This document shows, piece after piece, positions 1 through 12,200 of a DNA stretch of 64,000 bases. The translations under genes were made by a program, and so were the position numbers. The DNA is from Zygnema circumcarinatum SAG 698-1b (Eukaryota; Plantae; Zygnematophyceae), in assembly GCA_037447605.1 (NCBI GenBank), contig CM074810.1:1770880-1834879 (forward strand), given 5' to 3'. The stretch's first letter is position 1. Each line of letters opens with the position of its first letter. The notes beneath the pieces are model-generated. The model ran no database searches, was not told the DNA's origin, and saw only the letters and a program-made list of their open reading frames with translations.

Positions 1-240
1 GCGCTGACACTAGCAAGGTATTTGAATATTCACGTTTTCTCCTCTCTCTTCTCTCGCCTTTCCTCTCTTCTCTTTCCTCCAAAGTCCAACTTTTGCTCCT
101 GGGGTTGCAATTGAAACTGAAGCAATCACTGAAACAGAAATTATAGCTACAACTGCAATTGAAACCGAGACTGAAACTGAAACTGAAACTGAAATTGAAA
201 CTGAATGACTCCTTTTGATTTTACATGTCAGTTCCCTTAC

Positions 241-513
241 CGAGAGAGCGATCTGCTGCTGCGCTTGCGCGAGGACGTTAGCCTGATCAGGTTTGGGTTG
301 TCCACTGCAGCTTCAAAATGCCACTCCAAAAAAGAAGGTTAAGCCAGCCATCTGCTTTAAAGGAAAGGAAAAAAAGAATGTAGCACCACATGGTTTTACA
401 TCACAGTACAGTCAACTCAACACCATCGCTGCCCCCTCTCTCCCTCCCCCCCCCCTCTCTCTCTCTCTCTCGCTTTCTCTCTCTCTCTTTTTTTCTCTCT
501 CTCTCTCTTTTTT

Positions 514-559
<46 letters not shown>

Positions 560-3500
560 AGTGCTCTGTCTCATCACTCTTCCTATCTTACTCACCCCTC
601 TATCTTCCTCTCTCTCTTTTTTTTTTGCTACATCATAGAGAAAAAGATGCGAGTCAGGATTCCTAAACACCTCACACTACTACTACAGCATACTCAGCGA
701 CTGCTGAAAATCTCCACAGAATGCATTATGTAGCCTGTTCAACCAATTTCTCCCTCCTATCAATCAATCATCTATCTATCCATCTATCCATCTATCCACT
801 TATCAAACATCTCACGTACAGTACGGAACCTGCAAGGAGGAGAACAGAACACATAAAAGCACTGACCTTGCAGTGGCCCGTCTGACTGTCAAAACCTTAT
901 CTCCCATTTTCATTCCGTTCAAAGCAGCGCAGGCAATGTCTGTTACATTTGGATCCTGTACACATAGTAAAAAGTTCAAGTTCAAAGGCTAAATAAGAAG
1001 CCAGTGGAGAATACGGAGTCAAGTTTTCCTCTTAAATCGGGAGGAAATGGGCAGAAGGCATAAAATGTGTGACAAAAATGAAAACTATCAAGGAGCATGA
1101 CATGCATACCTCTTCCCGTTTTTGAAGCATAGATGACTTGTAAGGATTATTGAACTTTTACTTTGCGATTGTTCTTTATGGTGTACATTTGTGAGAGGAG
1201 AGTTCTTACTTGGTATACACAAAACCCGTAACCTTTGGAGTTTCCAGTGTCTCTGTCCTTGACGAGGTCAAAGGCACGAAGGGGTCTGCAAGTATCAAAC
1301 CACAACTCCACCACTCAATTCTAATAAGGTCCCAAAGTTGTGAAGAAAAAAACGTAAGAAAAACAACGCAGATAATGAAAAGGAAAAGAGGAAGATGTGA
1401 AGGAAAAAGCGAGTTTGACTGAAGACTGAAGTGAAGTCTATGAGGAGGGAGCAATGGGTTTCTTTTGTCTGCTGTAAAGGAGAGGAGGATGGTAGGGATA
1501 ACCTCACCCAAAAGAGGAAAGGAGTTCCTTGATTTGCTCTTCCGTGAGGTAGTACGGAAGTCCTCCAACAAAGATTCGATCTGGGCCGTCCGCTCCTCCC
1601 GCTGCGCTTCTGAGAGACCAAAAAGGAAAAGAAAAAGAAAAAGAAGTGATAGCTGAACATTAGTACAAACTAAATCTAAAATTCATATTGCGCAAATCCT
1701 GCCACAATTTATGTGAGGGAGAGAGCGAGACCGAGAGAGTGAAAAAAATGAATAGAAACGCTATCAAGAAAGGACTACACCACCATTTGCTTGCTATACC
1801 AAATCCCTCTCTCATGATGATAAACACAAGAATCTTGCAGTTTCATAATAGGAATATGCAGATAGGTTGGGTTTGAGGATCAGGCTGGTCAATACCCGGG
1901 AGTGAGTCCTACTGCAGCTAAGTTAAGATGTGGACTTGGTTGACTCGGGCCAAGGGTGGCAGCCATAGAGGGGTTGTAGTCGCTGGGCCGGCGAACTCGC
2001 ACAGAAACACCCTGCAAAAGGGAGAGAGAGAGGGAGGGGTGGAGAGAGAGAGAGCGAGAGAATGGGGGGGGCGGAAGAAAGAGGGGGAGGGGGAGGGAGG
2101 GATTGCAGGAAAGAAAGACAAACAAGGGCTCACATAAGTTACAACCTCAGAATTCTGTTTTTTCCTTCCAGAAAAATGAGGGGAAAGTACAGCAGCTGCC
2201 AAAGCGCGGTTCAAAAGTCATCGACTATCGCAGATTAATAGTGTAGAAAACTTCATGAGGGAGGGGAGAGGAAGAGATAGAGAGAGGGTGTGTGCGATAA
2301 TCTGAGCTACATACAACTTTGTTGAAAGTGGCATGCATTCGATTCGTGGGAATGAATGTGTAATGCAGAAGTTAAGCATCGCAATGTTTGAGAAAAAGAA
2401 ACAGAAAAGTACCTCATAGATGATGCCATCAAGGGCCATAGCATTGCTTGCTTCTTCCACAGTTCTGCATTCCACAAAAGCAAATCGCTTTTCTTGATTG
2501 ATATAAACATTCACCACAGCGTCACCTGCAAAGAAAAACTTACAGCCCAGTCAGGAGANNNNNNNNNNGAGGGAGGGAGGGAGGGAGGGAGGGAGGGAAG
2601 GAGAGCAAATGCGGCATCAGAATCTTCAAAAGACAACATTGTAAACCAATGGTGAAGCATAACATGGCAAAAATTGGAAAATTATGTGTTGCGAGCCCGC
2701 AACAAGAAAATCATCATCGTAAGGAAAAAGTTGTTTTGGTAAAGATAGGAACCTGGGCCTGCTGTGTTTCCTCCAATAGCAGCCATGGCTTGACTGAAGA
2801 AAGTGGCAACGCTCTGTGAATAACGTGAAACACCCCAAAAGATGATCAGCTTGAATCTTTTATTAGAAACAGCGCAAACATAAACCGCTAGTTTCCCCAT
2901 ATTATCAAGAAGGGATATAAGCCTGCCTTATCGTTTGAACCAATTCATCTTTCCTATGCTTCACGAATGTAGCCAACAAATACCACAAGACACTGACATG
3001 AATAGACTCTTGGACAGACTTTCTCTCGCTTTTTCTCTCACACAAAGGAAAATCAACGGTGACTCTGTTCACATCCGTCAAGTTTTGCCCAACCAACTAA
3101 CACTATGGTAGGCGAAAGAATGAAGGAACAGAGCTCAACATAAAAAGGTCAGATTTGCAAGAATGGATTTGCCGTGCACCTGCTCGTTCGCCATTGGCGG
3201 CAATCCTCCAACATAGACCCTCCTCGCATGCCTTGTTGCCTGCAAACATCCATATTCACTACAATCTTTTCTTAAAAAACGTATGAAGCAACCTTCCACT
3301 TCAAAAAGAGTTTTCTTCCCACATCTTCTGTTTTGGATGCATGCTCTGATAACCGAAGGAAAGCGCAGGCGAAGTCCAACAAACGGGCAGGAACTGTACG
3401 GTTATTTGTGCATGCATTGACATAATGCGAAGGGTATAGATAATGCATAAGAGGGGAAGAGGAGGAGGGGGGTTCACCTATACTAAACCTATACCTATAT

Positions 3501-6500
3501 ATATATATATCCACCTATACTAAAATGCAAGCCAAGGCCATCAGCACCAAAGTTGTCAGCAATGGGGAGTTTATGCCCACTCTGTCCGCATCAAGGTTAG
3601 CCTCTGAGAGGCTCCATCACCGGCCTGACTCGCTTAACCACTATGTTATGGTATGGTATTGTTGAATTGAAACAAATATACTATGTTCATAACGATTTCA
3701 GTAACAATGAGATATGTATTGGAGTAGAGGAACTCTTCCTGCCATTCACTATGCCAGCCTCTGAAAGGCAAAGAAACTCCGATGCTTTTTGAGTCGTTTC
3801 TTTAAGGCCATTCTACGACCTCTCAACAGCTTCAGAATACCGCAGCAGGATATAACCAGGACAAATTGATTGGCATGAATTCAAGCCAAGATTCTCCACC
3901 CACACAGCACGCATAAAATATGCATACAAAGAAGACTACCGACCACAGAGTACACAGGCAGCTCCCACTCCTACCTATGCCTGCATACTACTCAGAAACT
4001 GGAAAACACCCAAAATCCACGAACTCAAGACCTACGAACCACACAAACTTTACAACCCCAATCTGAATTCTCAAGCAGATATCGACACAATCCTAATACG
4101 CCCGTTCGAACTCCCGCTTTGTGGAAACAAGCCTCCTCCTCTCATACTTTCCGTCTAAACTAACTTTGAACGACTGCTGTCACTCAGGAGACTCCCACGT
4201 TTCATACGAAGAAATATGCATTAGTGTGAGCTTATGTACTTGCATATGTATGTACATATGTCTGTATGCGACCCGTACCTGGGTACCCATCATGGGGAAC
4301 ATAGACGGAAACATCCCAGGCATCCCCGGCTGCCCCATGCCCAATTGTCCCGCCATTTGACCTGCAGAAAAAAAATGGAAGAAACGAAAAAGGAAGCCAC
4401 CGTTTCCAGTCAGTTTTGCCGGATAAACAAAAAGATAAAAAAGGATCACTCATGAATGAGTAAACGAATGTAAGCAATGCCACATGATTTACATGACCTA
4501 AGAATGGCAGAAACAACCGAGGGGGAAATGAGGAGAACGATTAAGCAGCAAAATCATTTAGAAACTACAATCGCGTGTATGATAAAACCTTCGAGAGTTC
4601 AAAAGGAATCAGCACACAAACAGCTCGTTTTTCCCCTTTCTCCCTTCCTATTTCCCGGGGTCCCTCCCTTTCTAAGTTTCTGTCTCCTTCACCCACACCC
4701 CCCGCCGCTTCGATCTCCTTCTCCTCCCATCCCCCAATCTCCGTAAAACACGAACTCTTACAATCATGGGCGCATATATGAACACGTGAACTTATACGGA
4801 TGCAGACACAACTAACTACGTGGATATGGATGCAAGCATGCATGGATGCATGAACCGATAGGTGAAAGTACGCGTGCATGAATACACATGAATGAATACG
4901 TGCATGCATACGTGCATGAATACATTGCATTCTTATTACATTATTATTATTATTATTATTATATTATTACATTATAAGGGTGCAAGCATGCATGAAGGAA
5001 TGGATGGGGGCGCACCTATGGAGGGCATAGCGCTCGCGGTGGCAGCGGGATTATTGAGGATGCCTGCCGGTGGCGTTACCATCATACCTACCCTCGCAAG
5101 TTAGCTGGAAGCCGGCCCTCATGCCACACATGCATGCAGGTGCTGTGCTGCAGGAGGGGCAGGAGAGGGAGGACTGGAGAGAAAGAAGGGAATGGGAGGA
5201 GAGAGGAGGAAAGGGGAGGGAAAGAAATGCCGGTTCTAACACAGTAGCAGCCTCGCTACTTTTGCTGAAGACTTGGCTACTAAGGAGAGGGGGAGAATGA
5301 GGAAAATGTGGAGCGAAGTTAGGCGGTAGAACATGGGGTCGGGGAGGGGAGACGACAAGGATGGGGATGATGGATAAGGAAGACGTGAAGGGAACGGTTT
5401 CAGTTCAGCTATCTTGGACACTTTCACTTCCACTCCTCTCTAGTCTCCTTTCTTTTTGTTGATAATTCCCTAGAGTGAAGGCCAGGAGGCAGGCACATCG
5501 TCTAGATGACGAGTTCCTCAGAGCTGCACGAGTGAGGATGTGCCCAACTCCCTGGTCGCAGGCACATACTGATATGATGTCGCGTTCGGAATATGTTCAG
5601 CCTTCTTCAGCCCCAAGCAGAAGCAGAAAGACAGCACAAAACAAACACCAAAGCCAACAACACCAACGAACGACATAGAACGAGCAAGCAGAAAACTTTC
5701 AGTGATTGTCCAAAAAGCACTCCAAGTCTCGGTGTGAGAGAGAAAGGGAAATAGAGAGAGAGAAAGAGAGATCTCATATAGCTAAACGTGAATGCTATTC
5801 CTAACAAAATAGTAAGAAAAACGAAGGTCCTTCATTCACCAACCTTACACATTACCACCGCTCACCTGACCTCACCGTGACAGGAGAGAGAGAGAGAAAT
5901 AAAATTGCCATTCACATCACTTGAAGAATAGCGGAAATTGGAAAAAGTTGCCAACATCATACTATAAGTTATATAAAGTAATATACCAAAGGAGCAGGGA
6001 AATGGCAGAAAAATAACTGACCTGGCATAGCAACAGGCGTTATGGCCCCCGGGGGCGCCATGTCAAACCCACTTGTTCGCTTACTGAAAAAAAAAAAAAA
6101 ATCAGAAGTAATCCAGACCAGCAGAGAATGCGTAATAACAACTCCATAGATCTGTGCAAGAAGCAGAATCACATAGTTTGACTACAAAATTCAAACCCTA
6201 AAAACATTACAAATCCTTCAGACCATCAAGTAAAGCAAGACAAAGCGGCGGGCGAGAGCCGGGGGGGAAAATAGAGGAACCCAAAAATCAGAAAGCAGAG
6301 TCATATAACGCGCATTATGAAAGTCACCTTCTGCGGTCGCCTCTATCTCGGGAGCGAGAACGGGAGCGTGACCGTGACGTTTCGCGGGACCTCCTTCTCC
6401 TGTCCCGCTCGTGGTAGTCGCGGTCGCGTTCATGAAATTCGCGCTCGTCTCGACTGGTGCGGCTGAAACAGCAAGAAGGAGAAAAGTAAGAAAAAGGAAA

Positions 6501-7255
6501 AACAAGCGCAGTTCAAAGCAGGTTTTGAAAAAAAGCTGAAAAGTCTTCACACTCAGCTTCATACAGGCAGAGGCAGAGGCAGAGGCAGAGGCAGAGCCGC
6601 AGCTTCAATGCTAAGCACAAAGATTAGCTTCAGACTGCATAAAAACACTCATTTTTTTTTTTCATTTCATTCACCAACGACAGGGATCCTAGCCTTAACC
6701 CTAACCCTAATCGATCCAATCTTGAGACAATGAATGGAGACTTCGTTCCCTCCGAAATAAACGCCACAACACACCATTTGCAACATCATATCGGTTGATT
6801 CAAATACAGCTGGATGACGAATTGTTTAAATGTTTGCAGTGTTCAGATGTGCTCATACCGATCGCGGTGCCGATCGTCGTCTCTGCTGTGACGCCTGTCA
6901 CGGCCCTCTCTCTCTCTTCCTCGCTCCCTCTCAAACTCTCTCTCTCGCGGCTCCTTGGGCTCCTCCCGGTGCCGCCGCTCTCTCTCGCGATCCTTCTCCT
7001 CCCTTGGCCTCTGATTTATGAACAACAGCACATCAACAAATCAACAAACAGAAAGCAAGAAGTCAAAGTAACAATGGATCAATGAATCATGAAATCCATG
7101 AGGGAACTGGAGTAAGAGTCCACCTCGTGCCGTCTGTCGGCGCCTTCAAACTCATCGCGCTCAGGGACGTACTCCTCCGCCGCACGGCTGCGCGGAGGAG
7201 GGGAGCGCTCCTCCTCCGGGAACCGCTCCCGCTCGTCGTCATCACGGACGGCCAT
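241..7255 (-). CDS. U2AF65: U2 snRNP auxiliary factor large subunit (U2AF65), 14 exons in window, 3' end (UHM domain) beyond left edge
   Basis: GT-AG exons, all phases compatible: 7124-7255 (ATG at 7255), 6859-7010, 6328-6462, 6022-6083, 5016-5087, 4279-4361, 3180-3239, 2753-2813, 2413-2525, 1896-2011, 1508-1609, 1210-1285, 867-955, 241-304. The translation gives an RS/RD domain, then KRTSGFDMAPP, ATRHARRVYVGGLPP (RRM1), [66 protein letters not shown] (RRM2), DIACAALNGMKMGDKVLTVRRA and QPKPDQANVLAQAQQQIAL, the hallmark plant U2AF65 motifs. Confidence 0.97.
3535..3626 (-). ncRNA. Candidate intronic box C/D snoRNA in a U2AF65 intron
   Basis: Minus strand reads AGGCC-G-GTGATGG ... CTGA-T-GGCCT: 5-bp terminal stem, C-like box at 3614-3621, D box at 3541-3544 and a second CTGA at 3556-3559 preceded by TAAACTCCCCATT. 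The C'/D' arrangement is not canonical. Confidence 0.35.
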
Positions 7256-7478
7256 GGCTGGCGGACGCAAGCTCAGTATACAAAAGTTCGGCGAAGTTCG
7301 CAAAAGTTTGAAAGAGCTTGCAGAAGTTTGCAGACGTTTGCACGTCCGCAAGCTTATTGTTCAGGTCGCACCCTCAGAAAAATTCAAATATACTGCAGAG
7401 AGGCAGATACAGTGCAGAAGTGCAGTATATACTTGGGAAAAAGAAGCAGAAAAAATGGGCAAAGGAGCAGGAGGATAG

Positions 7479-7511
<33 letters not shown>

Positions 7512-8006
7512 AGTGGCGGCAAAAAGACTGCAACAAACCGTTAGTTAGGGTTTGCCTGAAGCTGAAGTTAAGGCTGGGATTATTGGGAGGATTAGGGCTG
7601 AAAAATAAAGAGGATGGACTAGTAGATAGTTTGAGCAGAAAATGTTGCGGGCAGGGCGGAGAAAAGTCCCTGGGCATGAAGGAGTGGAGGAGGGCTTTCG
7701 GTCAGCTGATGAATTAGCGCTAATTGGCCGGGCAATATTAAAAATTGAGGCTAATTGTTTTTCGCATCTGCCCGAAAAAAACTGAAATCGTATCGTCATC
7801 GAGCTGACGGTACTTTCGATCATCACGTGGAAATTATGATGACGTGTCAAGTCGTCATTGGCAGAAACTCGAATGTGGTGCGCAAAGCTATTTTCAATAA
7901 ACGACGATAAGGGGAAAGTGTTCACACTGTGGGAATGGAAACTGGACATTTGGGAGAGGCTATAGCCTTGCGGCACGTGTCCCTTGTACACTCGAGCAGA
8001 GAAAAT

Positions 8007-8495
8007 TAGGGGTGCGTTATCATGGTCCAACTTTCATTTGGTTGAACGAATGCTGACGTGGTTCAAGATTGCTGATGTAATTTCGCACCTGCGAACGGTT
8101 GAGCCGAAGAAACGCTAAATAAATTGGATCTTGGTTTTGTGCCCGAATAGAAAACTGGGGTAAACTAGCGAGATCCAATGAAATAGCGACACGTTGCACC
8201 GCTCTCCAATAAAGGTTCAGGGCTGAGCTGGGAAAAATTCGCGCCGACACTTCGCCATTCGTGATTCAGGATGTGCCACGTGGACAACACGTGGAGTACA
8301 CGTGACGCTTTCTCTTTGGCGGAAGTGGCGCCCTCCGGAATTCAGCCGGCTCTCTCGTGCGAACGGTTTACATCCAACATCGTTCAACAGGTTGGATGGA
8401 AAAACTTCGTTTCGGAGATTTGCAAATTCGCCGCCGCGGTTTCCAAATTTTTCATTCAACCAATTGAACGAAGTTGGACCTGAAAATGCACCCTA
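8007..8495. mobile_element. Tourist/PIF-Harbinger-like MITE with imperfect ~40-bp TIRs
   Basis: Left end TAGGGGTGCGTTATCATGGTCCAACTTTCATTTGGTTGAACGAA (from 8007). Right end reverse complement TAGGGTGCATTTTCAGGTCCAACTTCGTTCAATTGGTTGAATGAA (to 8495). Flanked by TTA/TAA and non-coding. Confidence 0.5.
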
Positions 8496-8874
8496 AGAAA
8501 TCCATTTCAGAAAACCCTGAACCCTTGAGTTGACGTACGTAAAACAAAACATATAATTGGTTTTGGAATTTCAAATTCTTGCATTCTCAAGAATGCTCAT
8601 AAATCGCAAAGTTTCCAATCCCTCAGAAACCCTATTTTAAAAAAAAAAAAAAGCAGAGGTGACCTAAAATCTGAAATTTGATTTTCTCTGCAAAACCTTG
8701 CGATCCAAAACTCTTCACTTGAGCAGAAAACCACCAAACCCCGCCAAGTTTTCGCAAGGGTTCAGGACTAGAATTCTTAGTGGTATTTTGGTAATCAGGG
8801 TTCAGGGCGAATGCAACACTGGGAAAGAAGCCATGGAAGCAGCCTGACAGTTGTCGAGCGGAGGGTTTAACCTT

Positions 8875-9140
8875 CAGGGTTTAGGGTTCAACCAGTACAG
8901 TTCATGGTTAAACCATCACGGTTTAGGGTTCAACCAGTACAGTTCATGGTTTAACCATCAGCGTTTAGGGTTCAACCAGTACAGTTCATGGTTTAACCAT
9001 CAGGGTTTGGGGTTCAACCAGTACAGTTAATGGCTTAACCATCAGGGTTTAGGGTTCAACCAGTACAGTCTATGGTTTAACCATCAGGGTCTAGGGTTCA
9101 ACCAGTACAGTTCATTGTTTAACCATCAGGGTTTGGGGTT
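8875..9140 (+). repeat. 42-bp tandem minisatellite (6 full units plus a partial one) containing a telomere-like AGGGTTTAGGGTT core
   Basis: Unit CAGGGTTTAGGGTTCAACCAGTACAGTTCATGGTTTAACCAT starts at 8875, 8917, 8959, 9001, 9043, 9085 and 9127 (partial), about 100 bp upstream of the ATG5 ATG. Confidence 0.95.
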
Positions 9141-9243
9141 TAAAGCCTTCAAGGTTAGGGTTTTTTACATGGCGTCTTCCAAGTTCAGCCTCCTTCAAGG
9201 GACTTCAAGGTTTTGGAGCTCAGAGGTTTAGGGTTTTGCAGCC

Positions 9244-12200
9244 ATGGCGGAACCTGAGCCGAAGGCCGTACGGCGGGAGATATGGAGAGGAGCCATCCCG
9301 CTCCGCGTGGAGCTGAGCAGCAGTGACGTCACCACGCTTGCAGCGCCGCCACCTGTCTTTGTAATTCTCCGTTCAACAGAACGGTTCCATGCTCACATGG
9401 ATCGAGTTTTTTGTTCCCTTTGGCGTTCAGTTATTAGAAGTTCTGTTTTAGGGTTCAGGGTCATGGTTAGGGTTTAGGTCAGAATCAGGGCTCAGATGAG
9501 GGTTCAGGGAAAGGAAATTCAAGGGTTAGGTAGAGAAGTTTAGGACTAGGGTTCAGAGTCAGGATCTGAACTCGATTCAGTGCCAGAATCAGAGTTTGTA
9601 TCAAGGGTTCAGGGTCAGGATCAGCATCAGGTCCTCCACAGATTTCGAGTTCAGGGTGAAACTCAGAGTTCCAATTTAAGGTTTAGCTTTCAAGATAAGG
9701 GTTCAGGTTCAAGTTTTTGCGTTTTTTGGTGTTGTAGTGGATCCATCAGGAATGGCTTTTGAAGGTAACCCTAAATTTTCTATTGGAACTATTCCGTGTT
9801 TCCATGTGTTGTTCCTGACAGCTTATGGCTCCACGGAACAGCTATCTCCCACTTTTGGCAGTTAAACTGCACCCGCATTTTCATGCAGTGCTGCCGCCCG
9901 GAGAGGACACCGTTTGGTTCGACTGCAACGGTGTTCCGTTGAAATGGTAAGAGAACGCTAGTAATGATGCACGCCCCTTACTACTTTGTTCCTTTGAAAA
10001 ATAACTTTTGTTGATGTTGCGTTACGTTAACATTGCGTAGTCATATTTTTTTTTTTTTTGGCGCTTTCGTTTATTCCGGACCATTCCTTTGTTTTCGCTT
10101 TTTACAGGCATATTCCCATTGGGGTGTTGTACGATATTCTGTCGGAAAAGAAGCAACGGCCATGGCGTTTAATAGTGAGTCTGAACCCCAAAACTTCCAA
10201 AATCCCTTCCTCCCTCCCTCCCTCCCTCCCTCCCTCCCTCCCTCCCTCTCTTTTTCCCTTTCACTGCATTAAACCTCACATAATCCTGAAACCCAAATAT
10301 TTTTCGCACTCTAATAATGGTACCGCTACAACTTGGAGTGATGTAGGTGCATTTTCGTACATACCCAAATGATGTTTTGATGCCATGCGGAGGAGAAGAG
10401 GATGTGAAGTATTCATTTTTCAGCAGCTTGAAGGAGGTAGGGACCCTTTCCTCCCCTCCCCTCCCCTCCTTCCCCCCTCCCTCCTCTCTCACCGCCCCTC
10501 CCCATCATTCTCTCCCCCATTCATCCCTTTCTTTTCTTGCTCCTTCCCTCTCCGCTCTTGCCCTTACTTCCCTTCCCTCCCTCCCTCCCCTCTCTCCCTC
10601 CCTCGTCTCCCCTCCCCTCCCCCCCATCCCCCTCTCTCTCCCCCTTCAGTGTAACTCAAAGGGTCCCCATAATGCTAAGTTAGAGAGTAGGGGATTGGGA
10701 GAGAGAAGGGCAGGCGGTCTATGCGGCGCAGGGAAGTGCAAAATCCGTTATGGCGTTGTCTCAAACGGAACAGGCGGACATGTGGCGCTCCGTTGTAGAA
10801 GGTCAGTTCGAATTCCACTCTTGGTTACACACAACTAAAATCTTGTTTGTTTTCCACGGAGGTTGAGAAAGGCATTACAAAAGTGGTAAAAAGTGTTCAG
10901 AAGAATCGAATTTGACCTTTTCTTCAGTCTATGTTTACTATGTTGTTGAATTTTACGTTTTTTTGGGCTAAGTTTTGGGCCAAGTTTTGGGCCTATTCGA
11001 CGCATAGAGAGGGGGAGGGGGTTGCTTGCGTTATTCGGTCGAAATTTGGGCGAAATTTTGTGGCTGAAAGCAGGGATGTTTCGGAATTTCTTTGCACTGG
11101 AACTTCGCTTTGAAAGAGACGATGGGTTCGATCTGAATGTTTAATTTTTTGGGTAAACTTGAAATCAAATCGCAGGAGATGGAGCTGCTTACGAAAAGGT
11201 CGTGAGGCGACTTCGACCGGNNNNNNNNNNGGCGGAACCTGAGCCGAAGGCCGTACGGCGGGAGATATGGAGAGGAGCCATCCCGCTCCGCGTGGAGCTG
11301 AGCAGCAGTGACGTCACCACGCTTGCAGCGCCGCCACCTGTCTTTGTAATTCTCCGTTCAACAGAACGGTTCCATGCTCACATGGATCGAGTTTTTTGTT
11401 CCCTTTGGCGTTCAGTTATTAGAAGTTCTGTTTTAGGGTTCAGGGTCATGGTTAGGGTTTAGGTCAGAATCAGGGCTCAGATGAGGGTTCAGGGAAAGGA
11501 AATTCAAGGGTTAGGTAGAGAAGTTTAGGACTAGGGTTCAGAGTCAGGATCTGAACTCGATTCAGTGCCAGAATCAGAGTTTGTATCAAGGGTTCAGGGT
11601 CAGGATCAGCATCAGGTCCTCCACAGATTTCGAGTTCAGGGTGAAACTCAGAGTTCCAATTTAAGGTTTAGCTTTCAAGATAAGGGTTCAGGTTCAAGTT
11701 TTTGCGTTTTTTGGTGTTGTAGTGGATCCATCAGGAATGGCTTTTGAAGGTAACCCTAAATTTTCTATTGGAACTATTCCGTGTTTCCATGTGTTGTTCC
11801 TGACAGCTTATGGCTCCACGGAACAGCTATCTCCCACTTTTGGCAGTTAAACTGCACCCGCATTTTCATGCAGTGCTGCCGCCCGGAGAGGACACCGTTT
11901 GGTTCGACTGCAACGGTGTTCCGTTGAAATGGTAAGAGAACGCTAGTAATGATGCACGCCCCTTACTACTTTGTTCCTTTGAAAAATAACTTTTGTTGAT
12001 GTTGCGTTACGTTAACATTGCGTAGTCATATTTTTTTTTTTTTTGGCGCTTTCGTTTATTCCGGACCATTCCTTTGTTTTCGCTTTTTACAGGCATATTC
12101 CCATTGGGGTGTTGTACGATATTCTGTCGGAAAAGAAGCAACGGCCATGGCGTTTAATAGTGAGTCTGAACCCCAAAACTTCCAAAATCCCTTCCTCCCT

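Noticed and set aside
815-866. Extra U2AF65 micro-exon after CCTCCTTGCAG
   Set aside because: It would need a ~37-nt intron, and exons 867-955 and 241-304 already join in phase with the expected sequence.
7082-7717. 211-aa plus-strand ORF over U2AF65 exon 1
   Set aside because: It is an antisense shadow of a GC-rich exon plus a GCAG repeat, with no recognisable domain.
9246-11220. A second, paralogous ATG5 gene
   Set aside because: It is near-identical including introns, and both copies are truncated exactly at the N gap, so an assembly overlap is more parsimonious.
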